Shown here one piece after another: positions 24,634 to 34,881 of a stretch of DNA of 64,000 bases (positions are counted from its first letter, which is position 1; every line of letters starts with the position of its first letter). The notes beneath the pieces are model-generated. The model made no database searches and was not told the origin of the DNA. It saw nothing but the letters and a program-made list of their open reading frames with translations. Location: NCBI GenBank assembly GCA_963847185.1, contig CAWJYV010000008.1:1088001-1152000 (forward strand). The letters are read 5' to 3'. The DNA is from an uncultured Methanosarcinaceae archaeon (GTDB lineage Archaea; Halobacteriota; Methanosarcinia; Methanosarcinales; Methanosarcinaceae). The translations under genes and the position numbers were made by a program.

Positions 24634-25251
24634 ATGTATACTTCGTTAATAATGCTACAAGCCACGGAACTTAACACAATCCTTCCTCAAATAGACGACC
24701 TTGCAAAAAATAGTAATTTAAATAGAGCGGATATAATAAGGAACACACTTTATCAATATTTTGAATATACAGCATCTGAAAGACCATCAACGCAAAAGGA
24801 GCAAGAGCGTAATAAAGAAATTAGTTTACAACTGACGTTACATGATAAATATATCCTCGTTTTTCTTGATGTCTATTTCCAGAGTAAATATTTAGGTACC
24901 AGCTCTTTCAGGCGCATGATTACTGCTATCAATATACTTAACAAATCTTTTATCTATGGTTCTCCATTTAATACCTTAGCCGGAAAGCAATCAAAGTATC
25001 CATTCGATCCTCAAACTTGTAACAATTATGAGGAAGTCCTTAATGATGCGTTCAATCGGTCTTGGAGCAACATTTGTAAGCAGGACTTGAAGCTTCTCAG
25101 TAATTTCTATTTCTTTTATAAGACCAAGAGGAGGAATGGGACAATGACCAGGAGAAATGGGATCATAGGTTCAAAAAGAGAGACGATTATAAGAATTGGA
25201 TTGAAAGATATGATAAATAGACAAAACGCTATGATAAGCATTTCCATGTGA
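24634..25251 (+). CDS. Hypothetical protein with ribbon-helix-helix-like segments
   Basis: ATG after GAAGGGGA, QIDDLAKNSNLNRADIIRNTLYQYF (CopG/RHH-like) and C-terminal SKRETIIRIGLKDMI. Confidence 0.55.
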   Translation: MYTSLIMLQATELNTILPQIDDLAKNSNLNRADIIRNTLYQYFEYTASERPSTQKEQERNKEISLQLTLHDKYILVFLDVYFQSKYLGTSSFRRMITAINILNKSFIYGSPFNTLAGKQSKYPFDPQTCNNYEEVLNDAFNRSWSNICKQDLKLLSNFYFFYKTKRRNGTMTRRNGIIGSKRETIIRIGLKDMINRQNAMISISM

Positions 25252-25613
25252 GCAGAAAGTCAGGACTGAAATAAGACTTAAGCTTTTTATGGTGTTTTTA
25301 GGTTCTTAAAAACTAGCATTAGTTAACTGATAATGACCGTTTTCCATAAAGTCCAGAAACAATCAAAATATTTTAATTTTTTGTTAAATTCAGTTGTTTT
25401 GTACAAAATAACTTCCTGTGAAAACTTAATATTTTTACTCTTTTCCAGTTTTTCCAGGCAGGTTCTAAGACTAAAGCAGATGTAATAAACATTATAATTA
25501 TATTTGGGAAATTTCAGAAAAATATTTGGTTGAAAAAGAAATATCTGAATTCAAAAAAGAAAGGGAAATAATCCCTGTTAATTATTCAAACTTTAGGCGA
25601 TTTCTGCTCCTCT

Positions 25614-27377
25614 TTAAGTTCCATTTGTTTTTGTCCCATTAATCAGTGAAAGCACTTCAGAAGGAATATATACCTTACTGGTTACTGGAACATAGACAAC
25701 TGTTCCATTGAGTTCATGAGCTACCCCGTCCTTGATAAAAATATTTTTGTTCACTGGCAATTCAGAGTCTCCTATTCTCAGTACAGGGTTAGAGGAGTTT
25801 GTCATATCCAGCAAATACTCATTTTCATTCAGTTTCCCATCTCCTTCATCTTTGGAGAAAACCTCACCTACTTCGATAAATAGACATGAGTTGGTCTTGT
25901 TCAGGTCAAATCCGAGTACTTTAGCGATATATCCTGCAATCTCGGTATTATCCATATATCCTGAAGGGCGATCAGGGCCGTAAGTCCACAGAGGGACATC
26001 TTCACCACAGTGTCCGTGAGTGGTCCATCCGATAACGGTGTGATTCCGACTGATTACTTCGCTGATTGCATAGTCGAGTGAAAGACCTTCTCCATTATTA
26101 TAGAGCTCAAGAATTTCAGTTACATCATCATCTGTTGCATCAATGCCCCACCAGTTCTTTAGCTTGGCTTTAATGTTTTCGGAGGAGATATCTGTTCCTA
26201 TTTTTTCCGCAACGCCTCCAGAACTGAGCTTCATACCTTTAAGAGGATCAATAACGTCTTCTATGGTTGTAGCTGTATAATTGGAATCAGAACTACTGCC
26301 TATGGTCATCCCGCCTGTATTATGGTCCGGGAAAGCAAGGACAAGGGTATGCCCATCTTTTTCTGCAAACTCAACTGCAACCTTAACAGCTTCGTCAAAA
26401 GCCAGAAAATCCGTAACAGCATAAGCAGGGTCATTGGCATGATTTGCCCAATCTACCTGACTGCCTTCTACCATAAGGAAGAACCCATCTTTGTCCTGAG
26501 ATAGTAGCTCGACGGCCTTTTCTGTCATCTCTGCAAGAGAGGGCTCTTCAGGTGCAAGTTCGACACGGTCAATATCCGGTGCCATATGACTGCTGGCAAA
26601 AAGTCCCCACGCTTTTCCAGAGGACATATTTAATATTTCATCTCTGCTGTCAATATACTGGTAGCCTCTATCAAGAAGCACTTTTGTCAGGTTTTCTCCA
26701 TCAGTCCGTTTTCCTCCTTCAGCTTCAGGCACGAGATGGCGGGAACCTCCTCCGAATACTACATCAATATCTTCGTAGACCATCTGTTCCATAATCTCGT
26801 TTTCATTATCCCTGTTGTCAACGTGAGCAGCAAATGCTGCGGGTGTAGCATGGCTGACACGAGAGGTTGCAACTAGCCCTGTAGCTTTACCTGCAATTTT
26901 TGATCCTTCAAGCACTGTTGCAAGCGGTTTGTATTGCAATTCTTCGGAAGGGCTTTCTAACATACTTAGAACAGAAGTATTGCTTGGGCCGACACTTACA
27001 AAGCCATTGGTTGTCTTATATCCAGTGGCAAAAGCAGTTGCAGCTGATGAGGAATCGGTAATAACCGAGTCAGTGCTGTAGGTAGATACTGATCCAGCCA
27101 CCATTTCATCAAGCGTCAGAGAACTTCCACCGTACCATCGGGATAGGGTCTGGACACTCTGAGAACAGCCATCAGGGACAAGAATGATCACGTTTTTAAT
27201 TTCAGCTTCCGATTCTAAACAAGATTTGCAGTCGGCGGAATCAGTGAGATCAGTATAATTACCTGAATAATCTTCATCACTCAAATTGCCTTCCACAGCT
27301 ACCGCAGAACCAACATTTCCTAGCAGCAGAAGCCCTATAATAAGGGTTAGTAAAATGTCTGTTTCTTTAGCTTCCAT
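25614..27377 (-). CDS. phoA: Secreted alkaline phosphatase
   Basis: NVIILVPDG, TDSSSAATAFATG, HATPAAF, FFLMVEGSQVDWANH and DHNTGG motifs plus a signal peptide. The start is ATG 27377 after GAGGT. Confidence 0.93.
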   Translation of the reverse strand: MEAKETDILLTLIIGLLLLGNVGSAVAVEGNLSDEDYSGNYTDLTDSADCKSCLESEAEIKNVIILVPDGCSQSVQTLSRWYGGSSLTLDEMVAGSVSTYSTDSVITDSSSAATAFATGYKTTNGFVSVGPSNTSVLSMLESPSEELQYKPLATVLEGSKIAGKATGLVATSRVSHATPAAFAAHVDNRDNENEIMEQMVYEDIDVVFGGGSRHLVPEAEGGKRTDGENLTKVLLDRGYQYIDSRDEILNMSSGKAWGLFASSHMAPDIDRVELAPEEPSLAEMTEKAVELLSQDKDGFFLMVEGSQVDWANHANDPAYAVTDFLAFDEAVKVAVEFAEKDGHTLVLAFPDHNTGGMTIGSSSDSNYTATTIEDVIDPLKGMKLSSGGVAEKIGTDISSENIKAKLKNWWGIDATDDDVTEILELYNNGEGLSLDYAISEVISRNHTVIGWTTHGHCGEDVPLWTYGPDRPSGYMDNTEIAGYIAKVLGFDLNKTNSCLFIEVGEVFSKDEGDGKLNENEYLLDMTNSSNPVLRIGDSELPVNKNIFIKDGVAHELNGTVVYVPVTSKVYIPSEVLSLINGTKTNGT

Positions 27378-27852
27378 GAAAACTACCTCTAACTGAGGGC
27401 ATATTTTTAAGAGTATGTTCAGTCTCAAACCATACTCAGATTTTTTACCTCATTTTTAAAGAAGTAGCCACCTGTATTTGAATTTTTCACATATATAATA
27501 TATATCACCTTATATCTTATATGTAAAAAGTATTACTATATGGCACTATTTTTCGGTGCCAGGTGTTTGCCAAAATATTTACCTTATATATTTCACTTAC
27601 GCGTTGCTAGTTCCACTAATTGTAAGCAAAAAATAACGCTCTAGCCTACAAAAATAGCCTACAAAAATTCCACTTAATAGACGAAGAAAATTGGGATTCT
27701 CAAAATGCGAAACAATAATAACTAACGAAATATTCATTTTTAAACATAAATCAAGAGTACCTTGTTAGTTCATTAAATACTTATTTTTACGGCTAATTAT
27801 CAAAATCCGATGAAAATAAAATTGAAAACCACTGGATTTTGTAAATGGCTAT

Positions 27853-27984
27853 CATTTGGATTCGGTTAAGGAACAAAAAGTCAAAAAATACTATTTTTTA
27901 TGCAACATCTAAGAGAATTCTCTTGGAAAATCACTATACGTGGTATTCGAAGTTTGCATAAAATTCGTTAACCGAATCCAAATG
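27853..27984. mobile_element. 132-bp MITE-like element with 21-bp terminal inverted repeats
   Basis: CATTTGGATTCGGTTAAGGAA ... TTCGTTAACCGAATCCAAATG (20/21 match), with an inner IR TTTATGCAA/TTGCATAAA and no ORF. Confidence 0.65.
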
Positions 27985-28068
27985 TACTGATATTAGGTAT
28001 CAAGTTTTCCTGCGAAAAAATTTAGAAGAGGCATACTTCTTAAACTAAGAACTATCCCTGAAAAGGGT

Positions 28069-28140
28069 ATATAAGGAAAAGTATAATGACCGAAGAACAT
28101 GATTGAGAAAAGAACCGGTTCGGTCATTTTTTCCTTATAT
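28069..28140 (-). terminator. Long hairpin downstream of pstS
   Basis: atataaggaaaa..aatgaccgaa ... ttcggtcatt ttttccttatat, 40-110 nt after the pstS stop. Confidence 0.5.
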
Positions 28141-28181
28141 TTCCTGTTAAAACATTTTTTTCCTTTAAGCCGTTTTTAGAA

Positions 28182-29129
28182 TTACTTCTTTAACTGGATA
28201 TACCCGACTTCAGTCACTAGGCTCTGTCCTTTCTCGCTTGTTACAAAGTCAATGAATTCCTTTGTGAGGCCTGAGGGTTCCCCGTTGGTGTAGAAGTAGA
28301 GAGCCCTTGAAAGTGGGTATGCACCACTGAGGATGTTTTCAGAAGTTGGAGCTTCAGAGCCGTTTCCAGTATCCAGGTTAAGGGCTTTTACGCTTTCATC
28401 AAGGTATGCAACACCGATATATCCTATTGCATTGGTGTTCTGGGAAACTTCACCTACAATTCCACCTGTAGCAGGCTGGGTAAGGGCATCAGCCCGGTAT
28501 TCGTCTCCCTGTAAAACTTCTTCCTTGAAGTATTCATAAGTTCCAGAACTGCTGTCCCTGGAAATCACTACAATTTCCTTATCCTCTCCGCCAACATCCT
28601 TCCAGTTGCTAACGCTTCCATTGTAGATGCCGCGAAGCTGATCAAAAGTAAGTTGAGTAACAGGATTCTGAGGGTTTACAATAACTGAAATACCGTCATA
28701 AGCAATGGTAGTCTCTACAGGATTGATACCTTTTGCCTTAGCTGCTTCGATTTCCTCAGATTTCATTTCTCTGGATGCGGTAGCAATATCTACCTCGCCG
28801 TCAATTAGAGCTGTGATACCAACACCAGACCCGCCCCCAGTAACTGTCACACTTTTCCCGGAGTTTTCAACCATGAACTCTTCAGCTTCAGCCTGTGCAA
28901 GAGGCAGAGCAGTGTCAGATCCCTTCAGAGAAATACTCTGTGCTCCACCAGCAGTAGCGTTCTGTGGTGCTTGTGGTGCTTCAGCAGCAGTGGTTTCCTG
29001 AACTGGAGCTCCTTCTGAAGAGGTTTCCTGAGATTCTCCACTATTTTTTTCAGTACATCCTATTCCCAGAAACACAAGTCCAATCACTAATAATAAAAGG
29101 ACTGCGTAATTTTTTAATTTATTCGCCAT
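28182..29129 (-). CDS. pstS: Phosphate ABC transporter substrate-binding lipoprotein PstS
   Basis: Lipobox-like LGIGC, KGSDT, GGGSGVGI, IATASR, SRDSSSGTYEYF and YPLSRALYFY motifs. Confidence 0.93.
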   Translation of the reverse strand: MANKLKNYAVLLLLVIGLVFLGIGCTEKNSGESQETSSEGAPVQETTAAEAPQAPQNATAGGAQSISLKGSDTALPLAQAEAEEFMVENSGKSVTVTGGGSGVGITALIDGEVDIATASREMKSEEIEAAKAKGINPVETTIAYDGISVIVNPQNPVTQLTFDQLRGIYNGSVSNWKDVGGEDKEIVVISRDSSSGTYEYFKEEVLQGDEYRADALTQPATGGIVGEVSQNTNAIGYIGVAYLDESVKALNLDTGNGSEAPTSENILSGAYPLSRALYFYTNGEPSGLTKEFIDFVTSEKGQSLVTEVGYIQLKK

Positions 29130-30459
29130 GTCAAAGACACTCCTTTAAATAAATACAACTAATCAACAATCTACGTCCATTAACTGGTACTCGTACTATG
29201 CACAATAAAAGAAAGAGAGATATAAAGATTCTCGATATAGTCTATTGAGGACTGAATACGTGAATAGATTTGCATAATTGGGTAATTTAGTATATAGGTA
29301 CTATATGATATATGTATAAATGAAATTACTGTGTAAGAAAATACTTCTGACATTCTTTGGCATTAACTATGCATTAAAAATATTCCTTGGGAATACGCTA
29401 AAAATTTACTATTAACAAAAAAGTCTTATTTTTCCTTGAAAATGCTAATATGGTGAAATTAAAGCTTAATTTTTTAGAAAACTATATCTCGTTTTCTATT
29501 ATGACGTTAGCTCTGTTTTTTATAAGTTGGATTGAACTTCATATATTTCATATATATTATTAGGAATATTAGAAAGTTAGTAATAAAGTCTCACCTTCTT
29601 AACATCAGATTTGTCATTAATCTTCTGTGCTCTACATTAGGGAGTTATAGGAAGACAGTTGATTCAGGAGTAAAATTTATTAGTTATTGAATTCATGGCA
29701 AAATCACTTTCATTTCATGTCAATTAGAGGTAATGAGTATGAGTTATTGAAAAACGTGAACATAAAATCTCTCTAAATTTGTCTCAAGTATAGGAAATTT
29801 ACTCACCTTTTCGTAATCTATCAATAACTCACGGACAAATAATTTAATATATAGTTCTTTCTGATTTACGGATTATTTAGTTCTAATTAGTACTATTATC
29901 AAAATCTATAGATATTTGGATAATGTATAAATATAAGGAGAACTAACCTATTTATCCAAGAAGGATTTAGCCCATTACGCCCTTCACCAAATCGTAAACC
30001 ATCTAAAGTTCTCTTCCCTAGAATAGTACCCTTCTTCTAAGGGTGGAAACTGGGCTTTTTTCTTCTTTCAGGTAAATAGTACTTATTGTTGAAGCTTTGT
30101 TATATCCTGAAGCCTTTCAAAATTTGCGCTTTTTGTCCCCAAGTCTCTGAAATGTATGTTCTAATTTTAGTGTTGTCATACCTTCAAACCTCTTTCAATC
30201 TACCTCCATATCCCGTACCGATCTTGTTGAGAGGGATAAGAGTAGACTCAATAAAGGAATTAAAAGAAAGAATCAGTCAAATGTAAATCAGATTGACGAA
30301 AAACCAGTCATATTTACGTGAAAATATAAATTGAAGAAAAGGCCAAAATGTCTGGGGAATTGTAATCTAAATAATGGGAATTAATTAGGAATCGAAACAT
30401 TAGTTTTTATTCACATAAAGTGATGAAGTAAATGTTTAGTTTCCCTTGTTCTAATGTTT

Positions 30460-30580
30460 AAAAACAATATTTTAGTAGGAGGAGGTAAGGAGTGAACCCT
30501 CCTCCTAACTCGGAGGTTGATTTTTTAGTACTCATGCAGGAAAAATATGCCAGAATTCCTAGATGAGTTTTCTATTCAGA
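30460..30580 (-). ncRNA. Candidate sRNA with strong hairpin and anti-SD segments
   Basis: Perfect 10-bp IR TAGGAGGAGG/CCTCCTCCTA (30476-30507). The minus-strand RNA exposes UCAACCUCC and loop CACUCCUU, with TATA-like sequence at ~30585-30612. Confidence 0.45.
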
Positions 30581-30965
30581 TAATATATATATTACGTATG
30601 AAATGTATTTAACTCTTTCGCTTTAATACAACTGTTGGAGTTATTGAGTCTTTACTTTCATTTTTATTTCGTACAAAAAATATACAAGTTATATATGAGA
30701 AAATCGAATTATACCCCTATCTTTTAATCCATTATTTCATTTCCAAGTTACTCTCTTCAATTGCAATTACTAATGAGCTTTTTATTTAGAAATAGGGAAT
30801 TTAATTACTTTTTTTAGAATAAGAGCCCTAAAGTTGCCTATAAATTTTTTAAAAATATCGGAAGACTAATATCAGAGTAAACCTATATAAATAATTCAAT
30901 TCCAAAAATCCAAACATCTTTTTACAGGATCTTAATGGAAAATCTCAATGGAAAGGGGTTTTGAC

Positions 30966-31712
30966 ATGTTCTCACTTAACGAACAAAAAGCTATTGAACT
31001 TGGCGAATCTGGCGAGAAGGCAATAAGGGAGCAAAATGACTATGATGCCCTTCAATATGTTGAATACCTGAGGGAATTCGGGGAAGAGTTGCTCGAGGCA
31101 AATCTGGAGACAGACTTAAAGAGAGTCGTAATCTCACTTCGGAACATAGGCAATAAAGCTATCCAGAAAAGGATGGAAAATATTGCTTCTGAAACTCTGG
31201 AAACCCTTAAAAAACTTGCGGAGCCTGCGCTGGAAAAGAATCTCTCAAATGCACTCTGGTCTTTTTCAAAAGCTGTCCAGGAAATAGGAAAAGGAACTGT
31301 ACAATTCCAGATGCTTGAACCTGCAAAAGCTGCTATAGAAATCCTTAATATTATAGGAACAGGGGCTGTTGCAAAAAAAATGGAGGTTGTAACCCTCTGG
31401 ACAACTCTGGCTCTTGAGGAAATGGACTTTCTGGCAAACAGGCAGAATCTTGAAGACCTCAGCAAAGCAGCAAAAGATGCCAGGGAAGGAATAATAAAAT
31501 CTTCGGAAACTGCAGGTTTTATTCCGAGGGACCAGATTGAAAAATACCCTCAGCTTATTGCCCATACATTAAGCGAGTTTTCGGAGCTTCAGAACCTTCA
31601 GCCTGCAGGTTATGCGGGTAGGCCTAATGAAGAATTCACGGAAGAAGAATTTTTTGAAGAAGAAATCGAAGAGGAACCTGAGGCTTCAGGAAAGAAGAAA
31701 TCAGCTGATTGA
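30966..31712 (+). CDS. Hypothetical alpha-helical repeat protein with acidic tail
   Basis: Long ORF, ~40-aa helical periodicity (L..IG..A), AGGGGT SD before ATG 30966. Confidence 0.75.
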   Translation: MFSLNEQKAIELGESGEKAIREQNDYDALQYVEYLREFGEELLEANLETDLKRVVISLRNIGNKAIQKRMENIASETLETLKKLAEPALEKNLSNALWSFSKAVQEIGKGTVQFQMLEPAKAAIEILNIIGTGAVAKKMEVVTLWTTLALEEMDFLANRQNLEDLSKAAKDAREGIIKSSETAGFIPRDQIEKYPQLIAHTLSEFSELQNLQPAGYAGRPNEEFTEEEFFEEEIEEEPEASGKKKSAD

Positions 31713-31773
31713 GATTGCAAGCTTTGCTTCTATTACAAGATTTTGCTTATATTAGATAAAAAATTTTGGCTGT

Positions 31774-32376
31774 TTAAACAGCCATTTGCTTCTTTTTATA
31801 ATTTCTGGAAACTTCCAGAAACCTTTCGATTATTTTCAATCCTTCTGGTGTAAGTACGGATTCTGGATGGAACTGCAGCCCATAGATTGGGTACTTCACG
31901 TGTTCTACTGCCATTATAGTCCCATCTTCTGCCTGAGCAGTAACCTTTATTCCGGGAGCCGGCTCGCCAATCTCAAGGGAATGGTAACGTCCTGCCTCGA
32001 ATGAACCTTTAAATGCTGTGAAAAGTGCCGAGCCCTTATGTAAAATCTTTGAACTTTTCCCATGAACTGGCCCGACTTTACACCTTCTGACAGGCCCCCC
32101 AAAAGCTACATTAATTGCCTGGTGCCCGAGGCATACTCCAAGAAGGGGAACTTCCCTGCCCATTTCCCTGATTATTTCCAGACAATTGCCTATGTCCCTT
32201 GGATCCGAAGGGCTCCCTGGACCAGGAGAAATTACCAGGGCATCGGGTTTTATCTCTCTAAGCTCTTCTAAGGTAACTGTATTGGGAAGAACCAGGGTGT
32301 CTTTCTCAAAATAAGAAATGTAGTCTACCAGATTCCATACAAAGGAATCTTTATTGTTTATGAAAACCACTTTCAT
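31774..32376 (-). CDS. trpG: Anthranilate synthase component II (glutamine amidotransferase)
   Basis: DSFVWNL, ISPGPG, GVCLGHQ, RYHSL and QFHPES motifs. Confidence 0.96.
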   Translation of the reverse strand: MKVVFINNKDSFVWNLVDYISYFEKDTLVLPNTVTLEELREIKPDALVISPGPGSPSDPRDIGNCLEIIREMGREVPLLGVCLGHQAINVAFGGPVRRCKVGPVHGKSSKILHKGSALFTAFKGSFEAGRYHSLEIGEPAPGIKVTAQAEDGTIMAVEHVKYPIYGLQFHPESVLTPEGLKIIERFLEVSRNYKKKQMAV

Positions 32377-32399
32377 CTGAAAAACTCCTCCTGATACTT

Positions 32400-34175
32400 T
32401 TATATAATTTCTTCACAACTTTTTATTTTCACTTTGTCCATCTCAAAGTCGTTGTCAATAGCCGTAAGCATTGCTGCCATTTTACGCTCGGTTTCCCTGA
32501 ATTCATAAGCAGGATCAGAATCCGCAACAATTCCTGCTCCTGCCTGCACGGAAGCTTTCTTGCCCTTTACAAGCACTGTTCGGATTACGATTGCAAAATC
32601 TGCGTCCCCATTCCAGCTATAGTATCCGACTCCTCCTCCATAGATTCCCCTAGGAGAGCGTTCAAGTTCGGAAATAATTTCCATGGCACGGATTTTCGGG
32701 GCTCCTGATAGTGTTCCTGCCGGAAATACCGCCCTGAAAGCATCAAACTGGTCGCATTCCGGTCTCAGGTTTCCCAAAACCGTGCTTTCTATATGCTGGA
32801 CATGTGAATACTTCAGAACTTTCATAAAACCAGAAACTTTTACCGAGCCGCTCTCAGTAACCATCCTCACATCATTTCTCCCTAGGTCAACAAGCATGAC
32901 ATGTTCAGCTCTTTCTTTTTCATCGTGGAGCATATGAGAAGCAAGGGCTTCGTCCTCGGTTTCGGATTTTCCTCGAGGGCAGGTGCCTGCAATCGGGTTT
33001 GTGATTACGGTTCTCTTGTGTACGGTCAGCAGAGTTTCAGGGCTTGCTCCGACAATTGCCTGGTCTCCGAACTCGAAGATGTACATATAAGGACTTGGAT
33101 TGATCGCCCGAAGCTGCATGTAGAGTTCGAAAGGAGACTGCTCAAGGTTGAACTCACATTTTCTTGAAAGCACTACCTGGAAAATATCCCCTGCAAAAAT
33201 GTGTTCTTTTGCCTGGACTACGGAATTTTCAAACATCTGCCTGTCAGTACAGACTGAGGCAGATAAGCCTGAAACTGTTGAACCTGAACTTGTCGAACCT
33301 GAGATTGTAGATGTCTTTGAAGCTCTGGATACGCTTGGATATGCTGTTTCAATCGAATCTCCGTATAAAGCAGTTTCCTTGAGGGTTGAGCAAAGTATTT
33401 CTGCCTCATGAAGGGCTTTTTCATACAAAATTCCGGCATCTGAGCCAGGATTAATGAGGGGAGTGATCGAGATATAAATCTCATCAGTCAAATGATCGAA
33501 CACAAAGGTTTTTGAGACCAGCAGATACTGAAGTTCAGGAATTTCGGATTCAAATCCTTTTTCGACACCGAGCCAGCTGTCATAGATTGCATCATAAGCC
33601 GTATAACCTATAGCCCCGCCCAGGAAAGTTTGCCTGTCAAAACGTTTACCGTTGAGGAGTTCCATCCCGTTTGCAGGAGAAAAAGCCAGGCGAAGAGCAT
33701 CAAATGAATCTTTTCCTTTAGGAATTGTAGCTGCAAACTGCAGGTTTTTAGGCTTCTGCCTGTTTTCAGAGTGTTTTTCCCGACTCTTCTCTGAATTATT
33801 CTCCGAATTTTCCCTTTTCACGGCTTCAGGTCCGAATACTTCTTCCATTTTCGAGCAAATCGATTCGAAAAGAACCGAAGCTTTCGGGTTCAGGAGTTCA
33901 AGGGAGACTTTTCGGTCACTTATTTTAATCACGGCGTCAGGATCGCTTCCAACAAAGGAGTATCTTGCATGGCTTGCCTGTTTTTCTACAGACTCCAGCA
34001 GATAAAAATACTCTGAAGTTCCTGAAACTCGCAAAGCATGGTAAAGCTCAAGGGGTGAACAGGCAGGAGAACCTGTATCGACTTTCGCAAGGAGCTGGAT
34101 AAGGCCTGGCTGTTTCAGTTCCGATGCAAGCTCTTTGAATTCTTCTTTTCCAAGGTCAAAGGAAAGCACTGGCAC
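32400..34175 (-). CDS. trpE: Anthranilate synthase component I
   Basis: LLES, GDIFQVVLS, NPSPYMY, PIAGT, ERAEHVMLVDLGRND and GTLSGAPK motifs. Confidence 0.96.
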   Translation of the reverse strand: MPVLSFDLGKEEFKELASELKQPGLIQLLAKVDTGSPACSPLELYHALRVSGTSEYFYLLESVEKQASHARYSFVGSDPDAVIKISDRKVSLELLNPKASVLFESICSKMEEVFGPEAVKRENSENNSEKSREKHSENRQKPKNLQFAATIPKGKDSFDALRLAFSPANGMELLNGKRFDRQTFLGGAIGYTAYDAIYDSWLGVEKGFESEIPELQYLLVSKTFVFDHLTDEIYISITPLINPGSDAGILYEKALHEAEILCSTLKETALYGDSIETAYPSVSRASKTSTISGSTSSGSTVSGLSASVCTDRQMFENSVVQAKEHIFAGDIFQVVLSRKCEFNLEQSPFELYMQLRAINPSPYMYIFEFGDQAIVGASPETLLTVHKRTVITNPIAGTCPRGKSETEDEALASHMLHDEKERAEHVMLVDLGRNDVRMVTESGSVKVSGFMKVLKYSHVQHIESTVLGNLRPECDQFDAFRAVFPAGTLSGAPKIRAMEIISELERSPRGIYGGGVGYYSWNGDADFAIVIRTVLVKGKKASVQAGAGIVADSDPAYEFRETERKMAAMLTAIDNDFEMDKVKIKSCEEII

Positions 34176-34881
34176 ACCTCACTTCTTCAATAAAACTTTT
34201 GATTTTCACGGCATCTTTTTTTCCGCAGGTTTCAACTCCTGATGCCGTATCAACAGCATAAGGAGAAACAACCCTAATTGCTTCCTGAATATTTTCGGGT
34301 TTGAGACCACCTGCAAGAATAAGAGGAAGCTTTGTTTCTTCAGCAATTTTTTTGCTCAAAGTCCAGTCGTGGATACAACCCGTTCCCCCGGGCTTTCCGG
34401 ATTTTCCAGTATCGAGCAGAATAGAATCTACAACAGATGCTTCTTCCAGCAGACTAACCTGTTCCATCAGCTCGGAGATAAAAGCAGTATTTTCTGTTTT
34501 TTTCGCCTCTTTTCCTGAAGTTTCCTCTCTTGCAGGTACGGAAAGGGTCTTTATGATAGGAATATCCGCTTTTTCTTTTACTATTTCAAGCTCGGAAAGG
34601 GACAGCATGGAATGAATTTGTACGATATCGGGTCCGATTTTGTCAATAAGTTCAAGAGCCTCTCTGGAATTTTCCGGCATTATAACAAGTACGGAACTCA
34701 GGCCTTTCGGGACTTCTGAGACGAGAGCTGCAGCAGTGTCCGAATCCAGCTTTCTTGGGCTTTCTACAGGGACTTCGGTTATAAAACCAACCGCATCGGC
34801 GCCGTAGAGATCTGCAAGTTCTATTTCCTCAGGACTGCGGATCCCGCAGATTTTTATTCTTGTTCTGGGTTTTATTTTCAT
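34156..34881 (-). CDS. trpF: Phosphoribosylanthranilate isomerase
   Basis: IKICGI, VQIH, GGTG..HDW, LAGGLKPEN and VDTASGVE motifs. Confidence 0.95.
   Translation of the reverse strand: MKIKPRTRIKICGIRSPEEIELADLYGADAVGFITEVPVESPRKLDSDTAAALVSEVPKGLSSVLVIMPENSREALELIDKIGPDIVQIHSMLSLSELEIVKEKADIPIIKTLSVPAREETSGKEAKKTENTAFISELMEQVSLLEEASVVDSILLDTGKSGKPGGTGCIHDWTLSKKIAEETKLPLILAGGLKPENIQEAIRVVSPYAVDTASGVETCGKKDAVKIKSFIEEVRCASAFL

Noticed and set aside
27480-27560. Shared CATATAGTA motif upstream of phoA and pstS as a Pho box
   Set aside because: It is too short and AT-rich to separate from background by eye
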